DNA of 63,441 bases, the filler included, from Chiloscyllium plagiosum (lineage: Eukaryota), in NCBI RefSeq assembly GCF_004010195.1. It is 4 parts of one record of this genome, joined end to end, with 100 filler letters (N's around TTAATTAATTAA, not from the genome) between each part and the next. Parts side by side here need not be neighbours in the genome. Positions count along the whole stretch, not along the records: positions 58,719 to 63,441 come from NC_057712.1; 3 more parts are not named here. One strand, written 5' to 3'. This document shows, one piece after another, positions 62,463 to 63,441 of the stretch; position 1 is the stretch's first letter; each line of letters begins with the position of its first letter. The notes under the pieces are model-generated. The model was not told where the DNA came from and did not search any database. It worked only from the letters and a program-made list of their open reading frames with translations. The translations under genes were made by a program, and so were the position numbers.

Positions 62463-62958
62463 GTACTTAGACAACCAGAAATGATTTATCATTTTTCTCA
62501 TTAAAACTAAATGTGTTTTGTTTGTGTGTTTGTTTGTGTTGTTTTGTTTGTGTGTTGCAAAGTTGAGTGGAATACACTGTTCCCCGAGTGACTTGACCAC
62601 GATACCTTTGTTGGCCAAGTGAACTGGACATTGTCCTGATATGTTTTTGGAACTTTCCTGTGTACAAATTGGCTGCCATGTTTGTTATGTAACATCAATA
62701 ACTCTACTTCTCCTTGCCCAATCTGCTTTTGACAAGTAACATCATCATTTTCAGATCTACTTTGTGGTGTGTGGCGAACTAAGATTTATAAACAGACAGT
62801 ATGTATGTTGCAAATTGTTTCATTTTCTAAATAACATGCATTGGCTTTGAAAAAATGACAAAAGTCCACTCTGAAGGATGTGACACAAATAAGTGATATC
62901 CATTTTCATACCTGGAGTGTTTAATGTTTATTTTAGAAAGTCTCATTTTCGTTTACAG

Positions 62959-63095
62959 GTCCACACAGCAACAGTTATGTCATGACACCAAGAAGAAATT
63001 TATTCAAAATAAAATTCCTGTCAGCTTTTCTACCACTGTTCTCTTGCGCATCATGCGAGTAGACATTCCATTCTCAGAGGCAGTACATGCAACTG
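62959..63095 (+). other. Candidate internal exon of an unidentified transcript
   Basis: Strong acceptor tctcattttcgtttacag, donor CTG|GTAACT, one frame open throughout (STQQQLCHDTKKKFIQNKIPVSFSTTVLLRIMRVDIPFSEAVHAT). Confidence 0.25.
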
Positions 63096-63264
63096 GTAAC
63101 TTTACTGTTGTAGCACACTGAATTTTGTATGAATGAATTTTCAAAAATGTCAAGTATGAAACTAATTGCATTTCAAGCTAATCCGTTTTTAAATATGTGA
63201 CTGTCACATTGAGGCACAACCACATTCACCCCTTATGATGTGGTTTGCTGTTAGTGTCACAATT

Positions 63265-63441
63265 CTGGATTAGTGGTGCTGGAAGAGCACAGCAGTTCAG
63301 GCAGCATCCAAGGAGCAGCGAAATCGACATTTCGGGCAAAAGCCCTTCGTCAGGAATAAAGGCAGTGAGCCTGAAGCGTGGAGAGATAAGCTAGAGGAGG
63401 GTGGGGGTGGGGAGAAAGTAGCATAGAGTACAATGGGTGAG
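63265..63441 (-). mobile_element. Penelope-like element 3' end (family 1 pLTR + UTR), runs off the window
   Basis: Collinear with 35107-35310 and 20319-20430. Confidence 0.9.

Overview
Vertebrate genomic DNA, almost certainly from an elasmobranch (shark). The taxon is inferred from HE1-type V-SINEs, Deu-domain SINEs and dense CR1 LINEs. The window is a draft assembly with 8 N-gaps, three of which carry a TTAATTAATTAA linker. More than half of it is decayed transposable elements: many CR1 LINEs (two retain 5'UTR+ORF1), a second apparently ORF1-less CR1-clade family with a SINE-like 5' end, RTE, L2 and Rex1 fragments, a solo LTR, a TA-flanked MITE, several SINEs and about 20 Penelope-like (PLE) pieces. 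No intact host gene or intact TE ORF is present. A few candidate host exons are seen (625-722 +; 19207-19334 and 19709-19852 -; 62959-63095 +) but their products cannot be identified. The most notable structure is three families of PLE terminal repeats (pLTRs) carrying minimal hammerhead ribozyme motifs. They often insert as short fold-back palindromes with one arm about 34 nt shorter than the other, 9-18 bp TSDs and target microhomology at the short arm. One such element has captured an inverted copy of genomic DNA lying about 170-300 bp from its own insertion site. Family names and many TE boundaries come from recognition by eye and are approximate.
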